A DNA stretch of 64,000 bases from Acidimicrobiia bacterium (GTDB lineage Bacteria > Actinomycetota > Acidimicrobiia > IMCC26256 > JACDBD01): contig JBOGFI010000254.1 of assembly GCA_050743365.1 (NCBI GenBank), positions 2,473-66,472 of the forward strand, in the 5' to 3' direction. Shown here piece after piece: positions 54,240 to 63,008 of the stretch. The notes below the pieces were generated by a model. The model did not search any database, was not told the origin of the DNA, and saw only the letters and a list, made by a program, of their open reading frames with translations. Position numbers and translations under genes: made by a program. Numbering within the stretch: the stretch's first letter is position 1; each line of letters starts with the position of its first letter.

Positions 54240-54995
54240 TCAGGCGCCGACGGCGTGGAAACCGCCGTCGACGTGGAGCATCTCCCCGGTCGTGGCGGGG
54301 AAGAGGTCGGAGAACAGCGCCACGCACGCCCGGGCGACGGGCTCGGTGTCGCGGACGTCCCAGCCGAGCGGCGCGCGCGCCGCCCACACCTCCTCGAAGC
54401 GGTCGAAGCCGGGGATGCTGCGCGCCGCGATCGTCCGGATCGGGCCCGCGCACACGAGGTTCACCCGGACACGCCTGTGCCCGAGGTCCCGGGCGAGGTA
54501 GCGGGCCGTCGACTCGAACGCCGACTTCGCCACCCCCATCCAGTCGTAGACCGGCCACGCCTGGCGGTTGTCGAAGTCCAACCCGACGATCGACCCGCCG
54601 TCCGGCATCAGCGGCAGCGCTGCCACTGCCAGCGCCTTGAGCGAGTAGGCCGACACCTGGAGCGCCACGGCCACGTCGTCCCAGGGCGCGTCGAGGAATC
54701 CTCCGCCGAGGCACGACTCGGGGGCGAAGGCGATGGCATGGAGCACGCCGTCGAGGCGGCCGCCGACCGTGGCGGCGAGGCCCTCGAGTTGGGCGGCGTC
54801 GGTCACGTCGAGCTCGGTGACGTCGGGCGGCGACGGCAGACGCTTGGCTGCCCGCTGCGTGAGGCTCATCGCCCGACCGAACGACGTGAGCACCACCTCG
54901 GCGCCCTCCTCCTGCGCGAGCCGGGCGACGCCGAACGCAATCGACGAGTCGTTGAGCACGCCGGTGATGAGGACGCGCTTGCCTTCGAGGAGCAT
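54240..54995 (-). CDS. inhA: Enoyl-ACP reductase (NADH), InhA/FabI type
   Basis: ITGVLNDSSIAFGVA, SIVGLDFD...AWPVYDWMGVAKSAFESTARYLARDLG. This resembles the mycobacterial InhA active-site region. Confidence 0.9.
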   Translation of the reverse strand: MLLEGKRVLITGVLNDSSIAFGVARLAQEEGAEVVLTSFGRAMSLTQRAAKRLPSPPDVTELDVTDAAQLEGLAATVGGRLDGVLHAIAFAPESCLGGGFLDAPWDDVAVALQVSAYSLKALAVAALPLMPDGGSIVGLDFDNRQAWPVYDWMGVAKSAFESTARYLARDLGHRRVRVNLVCAGPIRTIAARSIPGFDRFEEVWAARAPLGWDVRDTEPVARACVALFSDLFPATTGEMLHVDGGFHAVGA

Positions 54996-55014
54996 GCGCG
55001 AAGGCTAGAGGCTG

Positions 55015-56415
55015 CTACAGCGGCGTGTTCGAGTGACGCCCGGGTCGCAGCGGTGGGGCCTCGCGCTTCGAGGCGAGGCGAGCGAGCGCGGCGGCGAGCA
55101 CGCGCCGGGTGTCGGCGGCGGCGATCACCTCGTCGACGAAGCCGCGCTCGGCGGCGGCGTACGGGTTGGAGAAGCGTGCCTCGTACTCTTGCGCGAGCGC
55201 AGCCTGCTCGGCGCGCCGGGCCTGGTCGTCGGCGATCGCAGCCAGGCGCCGGCCGTGCAGGACCTGCACCGCGCCCGAGGCGCCCATCACCGCGATCTCG
55301 GCCCCGGGCCACGCGACGCACCAGTCGTTGCCCAGCCGCTTCGAGTCCATGACGATGTATGCGCCGCCGTACGCCTTGCGGAGCACGACACAGAGGCGCG
55401 GGACGGTGGCGGCCGCGTACGCGTGCACGAGCTCGGCTCCGTGGCGGATCATGCCCCGCCACTCGAGGTCGCGGCCGGGCTCGAAGCCGGGTGTGTCGAC
55501 GAACGTCACGAGCGGCACGTTGAACGCGTCGCACCACTGCACGAAGCGAGCCGCCTTGCGCGACGCGCCGATGTCGATCGTGCCCGCGCGCCGGCACGGC
55601 TGGTTGGCGATCACGCCGACGGGCCGACCGCCGAGGCGGCCCATCCCGGTGACGAGGTTGGCGGCGTAGCCCGGCCGCAGCTCCAGGAACGTGTCGGTGT
55701 CGAGCACGTCGGTGACCACCGTCCGCACGTCGTAGGTCGCGGCGGCGCGTGCCGGGACCGCACCGGTGGCGCGTGAGCAGTCGCGGTCGATCGTGTCCGC
55801 GCTCGGCGTGCGGGGCGGGTCCTCGAGGCTGTTGGCGGGGAGGTAGCTCAGCAGGTCACACAGCGCGCCGCGGGCGTCGTCCTCGTCGTCGACGACCAGC
55901 GCCGCTAGCCCACTGCGCTCGCCGTGCACCGCGGCGCCACCGAGCGCGTGCCGGCTGGTGGGCACGCCGGTGAACGCCTCGACCGTGTCGGGACCGCTGA
56001 CGTAGGCGAACGCGTCGGCGGTCATCACCACCTGGTCGGCCAGCCCCAGCAGCAGGGCGGGGCCCGACAGACAGGGGCCTACTACGGCGAGCAGCGTGGG
56101 CACGACCCCGGAAGCGTCGGTGAGGGCGCGGGCGACGCGGCCCCAGGCGTGCAGGCCGGCGACTCCCTCGCCGACGTCGGCGCCCGAGGTCGCGACCACG
56201 CCGACCACGGGCACGCCGAGCTCGATCCCCGTGCGCACCGCGCGCTCGAGGGCGTCGCCCTCGGCCACGCCGATCGCGCCTCGGTGCTTGCCGCCGTAGA
56301 GCCGGAACCAGCTCACCGTGCGCCCGTCGAGCTCGCCCAACGCCGCGGTGACGACGGTGCTGCGGTGGGCGAAGAGCGGGGTGCCCGCGGGGTCCGGGAC
56401 GAGACGGCGGGTCAC
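55015..56415 (-). CDS. accD: Acyl-CoA carboxylase carboxyltransferase (beta) subunit, AccD6-like
   Basis: 466 aa with two crotonase-like halves: VVGPCLSGPA and GGRPVGVIANQP...AARFVQWCDAFNVPLVTFVDTPGF. The FAS-II operon position matches accD6 in mycobacteria. Confidence 0.9.
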   Translation of the reverse strand: MTRRLVPDPAGTPLFAHRSTVVTAALGELDGRTVSWFRLYGGKHRGAIGVAEGDALERAVRTGIELGVPVVGVVATSGADVGEGVAGLHAWGRVARALTDASGVVPTLLAVVGPCLSGPALLLGLADQVVMTADAFAYVSGPDTVEAFTGVPTSRHALGGAAVHGERSGLAALVVDDEDDARGALCDLLSYLPANSLEDPPRTPSADTIDRDCSRATGAVPARAAATYDVRTVVTDVLDTDTFLELRPGYAANLVTGMGRLGGRPVGVIANQPCRRAGTIDIGASRKAARFVQWCDAFNVPLVTFVDTPGFEPGRDLEWRGMIRHGAELVHAYAAATVPRLCVVLRKAYGGAYIVMDSKRLGNDWCVAWPGAEIAVMGASGAVQVLHGRRLAAIADDQARRAEQAALAQEYEARFSNPYAAAERGFVDEVIAAADTRRVLAAALARLASKREAPPLRPGRHSNTPL

Positions 56416-56444
56416 GCGGTTCCGGCCTGGGCGCCCGGTGCGGC

Positions 56445-57692
56445 TTACTCGCTCGCGGCGAGGACGAGAGCGGCGTTGTGCCCACCGAACCCGAAGGAGT
56501 TCGACAGAACCGGTTGCCCGCCGATCTCGCGTGCCGCGCCGGCGACCACGTCGACGCCGATGTCGTCGCCGAGCGTCTCGAGGTTGGCGGTCGGAGGCAC
56601 CACGCCGTCGTTGATCGACAAGAGCGATGCGAGCGCCTCGGCTGCGCCGGCGGCACCGATGAGGTGCCCGGTGACGCCCTTGGTCGAGGTCACGGGGGGC
56701 GCGTCGTCCCCGAACGCCTTGCGGACGGCCTCGGCCTCGGCGGCGTCATTGAGGGGTGTCGAGGTGCCGTGCGCGTTGATGTGCCCGATGGCCGAGGGCT
56801 CGAGCCCGGCGTCGTCGAGCGCGAGCTGCATGCAGGCGGCGGCACCGGCTCCACCGGGCGATGGGGCGGTGATGTGGTACGCGTCGGCGTTGCGGCCGTA
56901 GCCCACCACCTCGCCGTAGACGCGCGCGCCCCGGGCGCGGGCCTGCTCGAGCGACTCGAGTACCACGAAGGCGGCCCCCTCGCCGATGACGAAGCCGTCG
57001 CGCTCGGCGTCGAACGGTCGGGAGGCGCGCTCGGGCTCGTTGTTGCGGGTGCTCAGCGCGCCCATGCGGGCGAACGCCGAGATCGTGACGGGAGTGACCG
57101 CGGCCTCGGTCCCGCCGGCCATGACCACGTCGGCGGTGCCGTCCCGGACGAGCCGAACCGCTTCGCCGATGGCGTGCGCACCGGCGGCGCAGGCAGTCGA
57201 GATGCAGATGTTCGGTCCCGTCCAGCCCAGCTGCATCGCGACCACGCCGGCGGTGGCGTTGGCCATCATCATCGGCACGAAGAACGGGCTCACGCGCAGC
57301 GGGCCCTTGTCGTGGAAGACCTTCACCTGGTCCTCGAGGGTGCCGAGGCCACCGACGCCGGTGCCGACGACGACCGCGCAACGATCCGGGTCGGCCCCGA
57401 CCTCGCCGGCGTCGGCCAGCGCGTCGGCGGCGGCGGCGAAGCCGAGTTGGGTCACGCGGTCGTTGCGGCGTGCCTCCTTGGCCCCGAAATAGGGCACGGG
57501 GTCGAAGTCGAGCACCTCACCGGCGAAGCGCACCGGGAGGCCGGAGGCGTCGAAGCGCTGGATCGGTGCCGCCGTCGGCCGGCCGGCCCGCACCGTCGAC
57601 CAGAACGACGCGATGTCGATGCCGGCCGGGGTCTTCACGCCCAGGCCGGTGACGGCGACGCGCGGTCGTCCCCGATGGTCGAGAAGGGTCAT
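56445..57692 (-). CDS. fabF: Beta-ketoacyl-ACP synthase II (KasA/FabF)
   Basis: The active-site Cys is in ISTACAAGAHAIG. The catalytic histidines are in AYHITAP and NAHGTSTP. The C-terminus is SNSFGFGGHNA. Confidence 0.95.
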   Translation of the reverse strand: MTLLDHRGRPRVAVTGLGVKTPAGIDIASFWSTVRAGRPTAAPIQRFDASGLPVRFAGEVLDFDPVPYFGAKEARRNDRVTQLGFAAAADALADAGEVGADPDRCAVVVGTGVGGLGTLEDQVKVFHDKGPLRVSPFFVPMMMANATAGVVAMQLGWTGPNICISTACAAGAHAIGEAVRLVRDGTADVVMAGGTEAAVTPVTISAFARMGALSTRNNEPERASRPFDAERDGFVIGEGAAFVVLESLEQARARGARVYGEVVGYGRNADAYHITAPSPGGAGAAACMQLALDDAGLEPSAIGHINAHGTSTPLNDAAEAEAVRKAFGDDAPPVTSTKGVTGHLIGAAGAAEALASLLSINDGVVPPTANLETLGDDIGVDVVAGAAREIGGQPVLSNSFGFGGHNAALVLAASE

Positions 57693-57943
57693 GCGACTGG
57701 AGGCCTGGCCTTGTCGAGGACGAGGTCGACGGCCTGGCCCACGGTGGCGACGCCCTCGAGGTCCTCCTCGGGCACGGAGATGTCGAAGCTCTCCTCGAGC
57801 GCCATGACCAGCTCGACCAGGTCGAGGCTGTCGGCTTCGAGGTCCTCCTTGAAGCGCGCCCCTTCCGTCACCTGCGACGACTCGACGCTCAGTACCTCGA
57901 CGGCGACGCCCTGGATGGCGGCCAGCACCTCTTCACGATCCAT
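57689..57943 (-). CDS. acpP: Acyl carrier protein
   Basis: ATG 57943 is preceded by AGGAGGAATCG. The phosphopantetheine site is LEADSLDLVELVMALEE. 84 aa. Confidence 0.95.
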   Translation of the reverse strand: MDREEVLAAIQGVAVEVLSVESSQVTEGARFKEDLEADSLDLVELVMALEESFDISVPEEDLEGVATVGQAVDLVLDKARPPVA

Positions 57944-57975
57944 CGATTCCTCCTGTTGCGCGGGGTCGGGGGCGG

Positions 57976-58713
57976 TCAATGGCCCATGCCGAGGCCACCG
58001 TCGACCGGCACGAGCGCCCCGGTGACGAACCCGGCGACGTCGGAGCAGAGGAAGGCAACCACCGCACCCACTTCCTCGGCGGTCCCGAGCCGGCCGAGCG
58101 GCACCGTCGCCTCGGCCTTGACCCGCCACTCGTCGGGCATTCCCTCCGTCATGGTGGTCACGATAGGCCCGGGTGCGACGACATTGCAGGTGACGTTGCG
58201 AGGGGCCAGCTCGCGGGCGACGGCCCTGGTCAGGCCGAGCAGCCCGGCCTTGGCGGCCGAGTAGTTCGCCTGCCCCGGGCTGCCGAGGTGGCCGCCGACG
58301 GACGAAACGTTCACGATCCGCCCGAACCGGGCCTTCATCATGCGGCCGGCGGCGCGCCGGATGGTGGAGAACGCGCCGGTGAGGTTGACGCGGATCACGT
58401 CCTCCCAGTGCTCGTCGCTCATCCGGGCGACGAGCCCGTCACGAGTCACGCCGGCGTTGTTCACGAGCAGCTCGACCGGCGCCCAGGTGCTCTCGATCTC
58501 ATCGAACGCGGCGCCTACGTCCGCGGTGTCGCCGACGTCGGCGCGGAGAGCGAGGGCATCAGCGCCTGTCGCCTCGATAGCGCCCCGGGTCTCCTTGGCC
58601 CCGTCCTCGTCGTGGGCGTAGCAGAACGCCACGCGGTTCCCGGCCTCGGCCAGCGCGATGGCCGAGGCGCGCCCGATGCCGCGCGAAGCACCGGTCACGA
58701 ATGCCGTCCTCAC
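57976..58713 (-). CDS. fabG: 3-oxoacyl-ACP reductase
   Basis: GTG 58713 overlaps the fabH stop (GTGA). Motifs are VTGASRGIGRA, NNAG and YSAAKAG. The rest of ORF 57976..59604 is a spurious extension over fabH. Confidence 0.9.
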   Translation of the reverse strand: MRTAFVTGASRGIGRASAIALAEAGNRVAFCYAHDEDGAKETRGAIEATGADALALRADVGDTADVGAAFDEIESTWAPVELLVNNAGVTRDGLVARMSDEHWEDVIRVNLTGAFSTIRRAAGRMMKARFGRIVNVSSVGGHLGSPGQANYSAAKAGLLGLTRAVARELAPRNVTCNVVAPGPIVTTMTEGMPDEWRVKAEATVPLGRLGTAEEVGAVVAFLCSDVAGFVTGALVPVDGGLGMGH

Positions 58714-59699
58714 GCGCGCCCCCACCTCAGCAGCGCGCTGCCCCACGTCATGCCGGCGCCGAAGCCCGACAGGAGCACGAGGTCGCCGGGCTGGAGGCGG
58801 CCGTCGTCGGCCACTTCCGCCAGTGCCAGGGGGATCGACGCCGCCGAGGTGTTGCCGTACCGGTCGAGGTTCACGATCGTGCGCTCCCGGGGGATGCCGA
58901 TGCGACCCGCAGCCGACTCGATGATCCGCAGGTTGGCCTGGTGGGGAACGAACCAGGAAACGTCGGAGCTTGCCACGCCGGCGCGCTCGAGGGTCGTGTT
59001 GGCGGAGTCGACGACGGCCCGAACGGCCCGCCGGAACACCTCCTGCCCCGCCATCTTCAGGTAGTGCTCGCCGGCGGCGATCGTCTCCGGCGAGGAGGGC
59101 CGGCGGCTGCCGCCCGCGGGAATCTCGAGCAGGGCGGCGGCAGAGCCGTCGCAGCCGAGGTCCCATGCGAGGAGGCCGGGGCCGTCGTCGCCCGACGGCG
59201 CCAGCACCGCGGCGGCGGCGGCGTCGCCGAAGAGGATGCAAGTGCCGCGGTCGTCGGGGTCGGTGATGCGCGACAGGGTCTCCGAGCCGATCACGAGCAC
59301 GTGGCGGAGACCGCCCGTCGTGAGCAGCGACGACCCGGTGACGAGCATGTAGACGAACCCGGCGCAACCGGCGGCGAGGTCGAAGGAGCCGCACCGTAGG
59401 CCGAGGGCTTCGCCGACGAACGCCCCCGTATGGGGGATGGGCTGCTCCGGGGTCGCGGTGGCGACGATCAGCAGGTCGACGTCGTCCGGCGTGATGCCGG
59501 CGTGCTTGATCGCCGCGGCCCCGGCGTCGACCGCGAGCGTCGCCGTGCTCTCGCCCGGTTCGGCGATGCGCCGCTCGCGGATGCCGGTGCGCTCGACGAT
59601 CCACTCGTCGGTCGTGTCGACGCGCTGCTCGAGGTCGGCGTTGGTGAGACGCTGCCGGGGGATCGCGGTTCCCCAGCCGGCGACGCAGGCCCTCACCAC
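58710..59699 (-). CDS. fabH: Beta-ketoacyl-ACP synthase III
   Basis: The GTG start is preceded by AAGGAG. The active-site Cys is in DLAAGCAGFVY, with VPHQANLRI and GNTSAASIP. Confidence 0.95.
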   Translation of the reverse strand: MVRACVAGWGTAIPRQRLTNADLEQRVDTTDEWIVERTGIRERRIAEPGESTATLAVDAGAAAIKHAGITPDDVDLLIVATATPEQPIPHTGAFVGEALGLRCGSFDLAAGCAGFVYMLVTGSSLLTTGGLRHVLVIGSETLSRITDPDDRGTCILFGDAAAAAVLAPSGDDGPGLLAWDLGCDGSAAALLEIPAGGSRRPSSPETIAAGEHYLKMAGQEVFRRAVRAVVDSANTTLERAGVASSDVSWFVPHQANLRIIESAAGRIGIPRERTIVNLDRYGNTSAASIPLALAEVADDGRLQPGDLVLLSGFGAGMTWGSALLRWGRA

Positions 59700-59713
59700 A
59701 TGGCTCCTTCGCT

Positions 59714-59736
59714 CGGCGCCGGGATACCCGGCGCCG
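59714..59736 (-). repeat. GC-rich stem-loop with CCGGGATACCCGG core, in the gap before fabH
   Basis: A 10-bp stem CGGCGCCGGG/CCCGGCGCCG with an ATA loop as read on the + strand. The core is the same as the hairpin at 32995-33019. Confidence 0.6.
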
Positions 59737-59763
59737 CCCCTTCGGGAGCGCTCGTCCGCACCT

Positions 59764-60018
59764 TCATGCGACTCTAAGCCACGCCACCGGCTGGCCCTCG
59801 CGGAGCCGTTCCCCGGGCTGGGCCAGCATGCCGACGAGCCGGCCGTGGAAGGGGCTGCGCACCGGGGTGGCGGTGCCCGGCCCCTCGACGACGCCGATCG
59901 ACTGGCCCTGGGCGACGAGCTCGCCCTCGGACGCCTCCAGCGGCCGGAACACGCCCACGCTGGGGGCGACGATCATGCGCTCGGGGACGACGAGGCCCTC
60001 GCCGTGCTCACGGTCCAT
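59764..60018 (-). CDS. Biotinyl/lipoyl-domain-like small protein lacking any lysine (BCCP-like, non-biotinylatable)
   Basis: 84 aa. The start is 2 nt after the fabD stop. IVAPSVGVF...GQSIGVVEGPGTATPVRSPFHGRLVGMLAQPGERLREGQPVAWLRV follows the BCCP C-terminal domain pattern, but EAMKM is replaced by EGPGT and the protein has zero Lys. Confidence 0.6.
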   Translation of the reverse strand: MDREHGEGLVVPERMIVAPSVGVFRPLEASEGELVAQGQSIGVVEGPGTATPVRSPFHGRLVGMLAQPGERLREGQPVAWLRVA

Positions 60019-60020
60019 TC

Positions 60021-60941
60021 TCAGTGCACCTCACTCAGTGACGGGAGATCATCAGGGGTGGCGACACCGCGCACGGCGACGTCGGGCACGGTCCGCTTGG
60101 CGAGCGCGGCGAGCATCGAGCCGTGCCCGACCTCGAGGCAGCCGGTGGCGCCGAGCCCGGCCAGCGTCTCCATCGACGGCCGCCAGCGGACCGGGACCAC
60201 CACGTGCTCGGCGAGGCGGGGGCGCCAGCCGTCGGCGTCGTCGTAGGCGCGGGCGTCGTGGTTCGACACCACCGGGGCGGACGGCGCGCCGAACCGCACC
60301 GGGGGGAGCACCTCGCGCGCGAGCGCGTCGGCCGCTTCTCGCATGAGCGGGGTATGGAACGCGCCCCCCACCTTCAGCGGGGTGGCGCGCTTGACCCCCA
60401 GCTCCTTGGCCCGGGCGATGCCGGCCTCGACCCCCTCGGGCGTGCCCGCCACGACGACCTGGCCGGGCGCGTTGTCGTTGGCGATCCAGCAGGCGCCGCC
60501 GGCGGCGCAGGCGTCCTCGGCCTGCGAGAGCGAGGCGCCCAGGAGCGCCGCCATCCGTCCCGGGCGCGAATCGGCGGCGCGCTGCGTGACCTCGGCGCGT
60601 CGGGCGGCGAAGCGGACGCCCTCCTCGATGTCGAGCACGCCTGCCGCGATCAGCGCGGTGACCTGGCCGAGTGAGTGACCGGCGAACGCCACCGGCTCGG
60701 TCACGGCTCCCGACTCCTCGACGGCCCGCCAGGCGACGAGGGACATGAGCAGCACGGCGAGCTGGGCATCGCGGGTTCGGGTGAGCTGCTCGGCGGGCGC
60801 CGAGATGATGAGGTCGCCGAGCGGCTCGCCCAGCGCCGCCTCGGCCTGCTCGACGACGCGCCAGGCCTCGTGCTCGCGCCACGGCAAGCCCATACCGGAC
60901 TCCTGGGTCCCCTGACCGGGGAAGATCACCGCGAGCGTCAC
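60021..60941 (-). CDS. fabD: Malonyl-CoA:ACP transacylase
   Basis: FPGQGTQ, active site GHSLGQ, NAPGQVVVAG, GAFHTPLM. Confidence 0.95.
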   Translation of the reverse strand: MTLAVIFPGQGTQESGMGLPWREHEAWRVVEQAEAALGEPLGDLIISAPAEQLTRTRDAQLAVLLMSLVAWRAVEESGAVTEPVAFAGHSLGQVTALIAAGVLDIEEGVRFAARRAEVTQRAADSRPGRMAALLGASLSQAEDACAAGGACWIANDNAPGQVVVAGTPEGVEAGIARAKELGVKRATPLKVGGAFHTPLMREAADALAREVLPPVRFGAPSAPVVSNHDARAYDDADGWRPRLAEHVVVPVRWRPSMETLAGLGATGCLEVGHGSMLAALAKRTVPDVAVRGVATPDDLPSLSEVH

Positions 60942-61036
60942 GCGTCGAAGCCTCCGCTCATAACGAGTGGGTGTTCAGCGTCCGACCCCGGCGCTCCCGA
61001 ACGGGTTACACGTACTCGCGGGTAACGTCCGCGCCG

Positions 61037-61465
61037 GTGCCGTCCTCTGACGAGCTCATCGGGCTCCTCCCACACCGGCCGCCGTTCCGGTTCGTTGACG
61101 CGGTCGATGCCCACGAGCCGGGGGCGTCGATCCGGGCCCGCTACCGGGTCACCGGTGACGAGGCGTTCCTGGCCGGGCATTTCCCCGGGAACCCGGTGCT
61201 CCCCGGCGTGATCCAGGTCGAGGCCCTCGCTCAGGCCGGCGCCATCGCCGTGCTCGCCGATGAGCGGTATGCGGGCAAGCTCCCTCTCTTCGGGGGGGTC
61301 GAGAAGGTGCGGTTCCGGCGAATCGTCCGGCCGGGCGAGGAGCTCGTGCTGGAGGTGACGCTCGAGCGCCTCAGCGCCCGGGGCGGCTGGGGCCAGGGCC
61401 GAGCCACCGTCGACGACACCGTGTCCTGCGAGGCCCGGCTGTTCTTCGCGATCGGTGATGGCTAG
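61037..61465 (+). CDS. fabZ: 3-hydroxyacyl-ACP dehydratase FabZ
   Basis: LPHRPPFRFVD...FLAGHFPGNPVLPGVIQVEALAQ is the hot-dog dehydratase signature. GTG 61037 is chosen as the start, and the ORF-track start at 60971 is the alternative. Confidence 0.85.
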   Translation: MPSSDELIGLLPHRPPFRFVDAVDAHEPGASIRARYRVTGDEAFLAGHFPGNPVLPGVIQVEALAQAGAIAVLADERYAGKLPLFGGVEKVRFRRIVRPGEELVLEVTLERLSARGGWGQGRATVDDTVSCEARLFFAIGDG

Positions 61466-61725
61466 GCCGCCGGCCCGCGCAGGTCGGGCTCGTCGACCCT
61501 CGCCTCGTCGTCCTCGGTGTCCTCGTCCTCGGCGATCTCGGCCGGGTCCTCGCCGAGGAGCAGGCGGGTCTCGATGGTGTCGTCGAGCGGGGGCTCCTCA
61601 CGGACGGCACGCGAGGGCGCGATCACGATCACGAGCAGCACGACCAGCGACGTGACCGCGAGGGCGATGGCCGTGGCGAGCCAGGAGTTGAGAGCGAGCA
61701 TCGTCATACCGGGGAGAAACAGCAT
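61462..61725 (-). CDS. Hypothetical small membrane protein with an acidic C-terminal tail (87 aa)
   Basis: One TM (LATAIALAVTSLVVLLVIVIA) is followed by a D/E-rich tail. Its stop overlaps the fabZ stop through CTAG. Confidence 0.5.
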   Translation of the reverse strand: MLFLPGMTMLALNSWLATAIALAVTSLVVLLVIVIAPSRAVREEPPLDDTIETRLLLGEDPAEIAEDEDTEDDEARVDEPDLRGPAA

Positions 61726-61747
61726 ACCGGTGGCATCATGGAGCCAC

Positions 61748-61833
61748 GCCCGGGTGGCGAAATCTCGGCAAACGCGATGGATTCAAAATCCATTGTCCGA
61801 AAGGACTTGCGGGTTCGAGTCCCGCCCCGGGCA
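61748..61833 (+). tRNA. tRNA-Leu (anticodon CAA), type II long variable arm, CCA not encoded
   Basis: The acceptor stem is GCCCGGG/CCCGGGC. The anticodon stem ATGGA/TCCAT carries the loop TTCAAAA. The variable arm is GTCC-GAAA-GGAC, the T arm is GCGGG-TTCGAGT-CCCGC, and the discriminator is A. Confidence 0.9.
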
Positions 61834-61841
61834 CACCGTCC

Positions 61842-62858
61842 CTATCCGCAGAGCACCGCGAGCGTGGGGTAGGGGTTCACGGGCTCGCCGCCGCCCGGGT
61901 GTAGCTGGAAGTGGACGTGGGGGGCGCCACCGGCGGCGTTGCCGGTGTTGCCCACCGCGCCGATCACCTCGCCGGCCTCCACGCGCCCCGTGAGCGTGAT
62001 CGACGCCAGGTGCGCGTAGTAGTAGCGCACGCCGTCGTCGCCCCTGAGGTCGACCGAGATCCCGCCGAGCCCGCCCGACGCGTCGGTCACGGTCCCGGAG
62101 ACGATGGCGACAGCTGGCGTGCCGAGGACGGCGAACAGGTCGGTGCCCTGGTGGGTTCGTCCGTCGGAGCGGGGCTGGCCCCAGTCGTTCGTGAACGCCA
62201 GCGCGCCTTGCACGGGGCAGATCTCGGCGCCGGTGCGCACCAGGCCGCCGTCCCGACCGGCGGTCGCGCCCGCGGACGCGAGTGCCCGCAACCGGTCGAG
62301 CACCACCTGCGCCTGGGCCAGCCGCAGGTCGACCCGCTTGCGCTCCTCGTCGAGCTGCACGGCCGCCAGCTCCTGCTCTGCCTTCTTCACCCGTAGCTCG
62401 TCCTCGGCCGCCTGGAGCCGCTCGGCGGTGCTCCGGAGCTGGTCGGCTAGGTCGAGGTCGTAACGGGTGGCCGCCTCGGTGAGGTGCGCATGCCGGGCGG
62501 GGTCGATCCCGTCGCCCCGGCTGGGCGCCTCGAAGGTCGTCCCCGGGTTGAAGCCTGTATAAAGCGCGGCGGCACGACGCCGCACCTGCTCCCGCAGCGC
62601 CTCGGCCTTCGCTCGCAGCGCCGGGATCTCCCGCTCGAGGCGGGCGATCTCGTCGGTGAGCTGTGTCAGCTCGGCCAGCACCGCCTGGTAGCGCCCGGCG
62701 GCATCGGACGCCCGCTGCTGCGCCTCCTCGACCTGTTGCTGTGCCTCGGCGAGGGGATCGTCGGCCGGCGCTGCCGGCGCCGGTCGCGCCGGCACCAGCA
62801 CGAGTGCGACGGCGACGAGGGCGAGGACGAGGCGGTGGACGGCAGTGTGGTCGGGCAT
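61842..62858 (-). CDS. M23-family peptidoglycan endopeptidase with an N-terminal coiled coil
   Basis: Signal/TM, then long heptad-like Q/E/A/R-rich helices. The LytM domain has HQGTDL and GNTGNAAGGAPHVHFQL. Confidence 0.85.
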   Translation of the reverse strand: MPDHTAVHRLVLALVAVALVLVPARPAPAAPADDPLAEAQQQVEEAQQRASDAAGRYQAVLAELTQLTDEIARLEREIPALRAKAEALREQVRRRAAALYTGFNPGTTFEAPSRGDGIDPARHAHLTEAATRYDLDLADQLRSTAERLQAAEDELRVKKAEQELAAVQLDEERKRVDLRLAQAQVVLDRLRALASAGATAGRDGGLVRTGAEICPVQGALAFTNDWGQPRSDGRTHQGTDLFAVLGTPAVAIVSGTVTDASGGLGGISVDLRGDDGVRYYYAHLASITLTGRVEAGEVIGAVGNTGNAAGGAPHVHFQLHPGGGEPVNPYPTLAVLCG

Positions 62859-63008
62859 GGGCGCGAATCCGGGACGGCTCGGGCGAGCCTCGCCCTGGAT
62901 GTCGGCAGTCTCGGGTGCGCGGTTGAGCGCAGGAGATCAGTCGCCGGTCCGGATCCCGCGGCGCTTGGCGATGACCTCGTTCATGTCAGAGGACTAGCGG
63001 GCCGCCCG

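Noticed and set aside
62937-62984. 15-codon mini-ORF MNEVIAKRRGIRTGD between the esterase and the M23 peptidase genes
   Set aside because: There is no Shine-Dalgarno sequence (the upstream sequence is TCCTCTGAC). It is too short to evaluate and I recognise no family.
62859-63008. Possible c-di-AMP (ydaO-type) riboswitch upstream of the M23 cell-wall hydrolase
   Set aside because: On the transcribed (minus) strand I could not find the paired conserved ACGGGGA / GGGUGAAUCC-type cores. A GAATCC-like string occurs only on the wrong strand.
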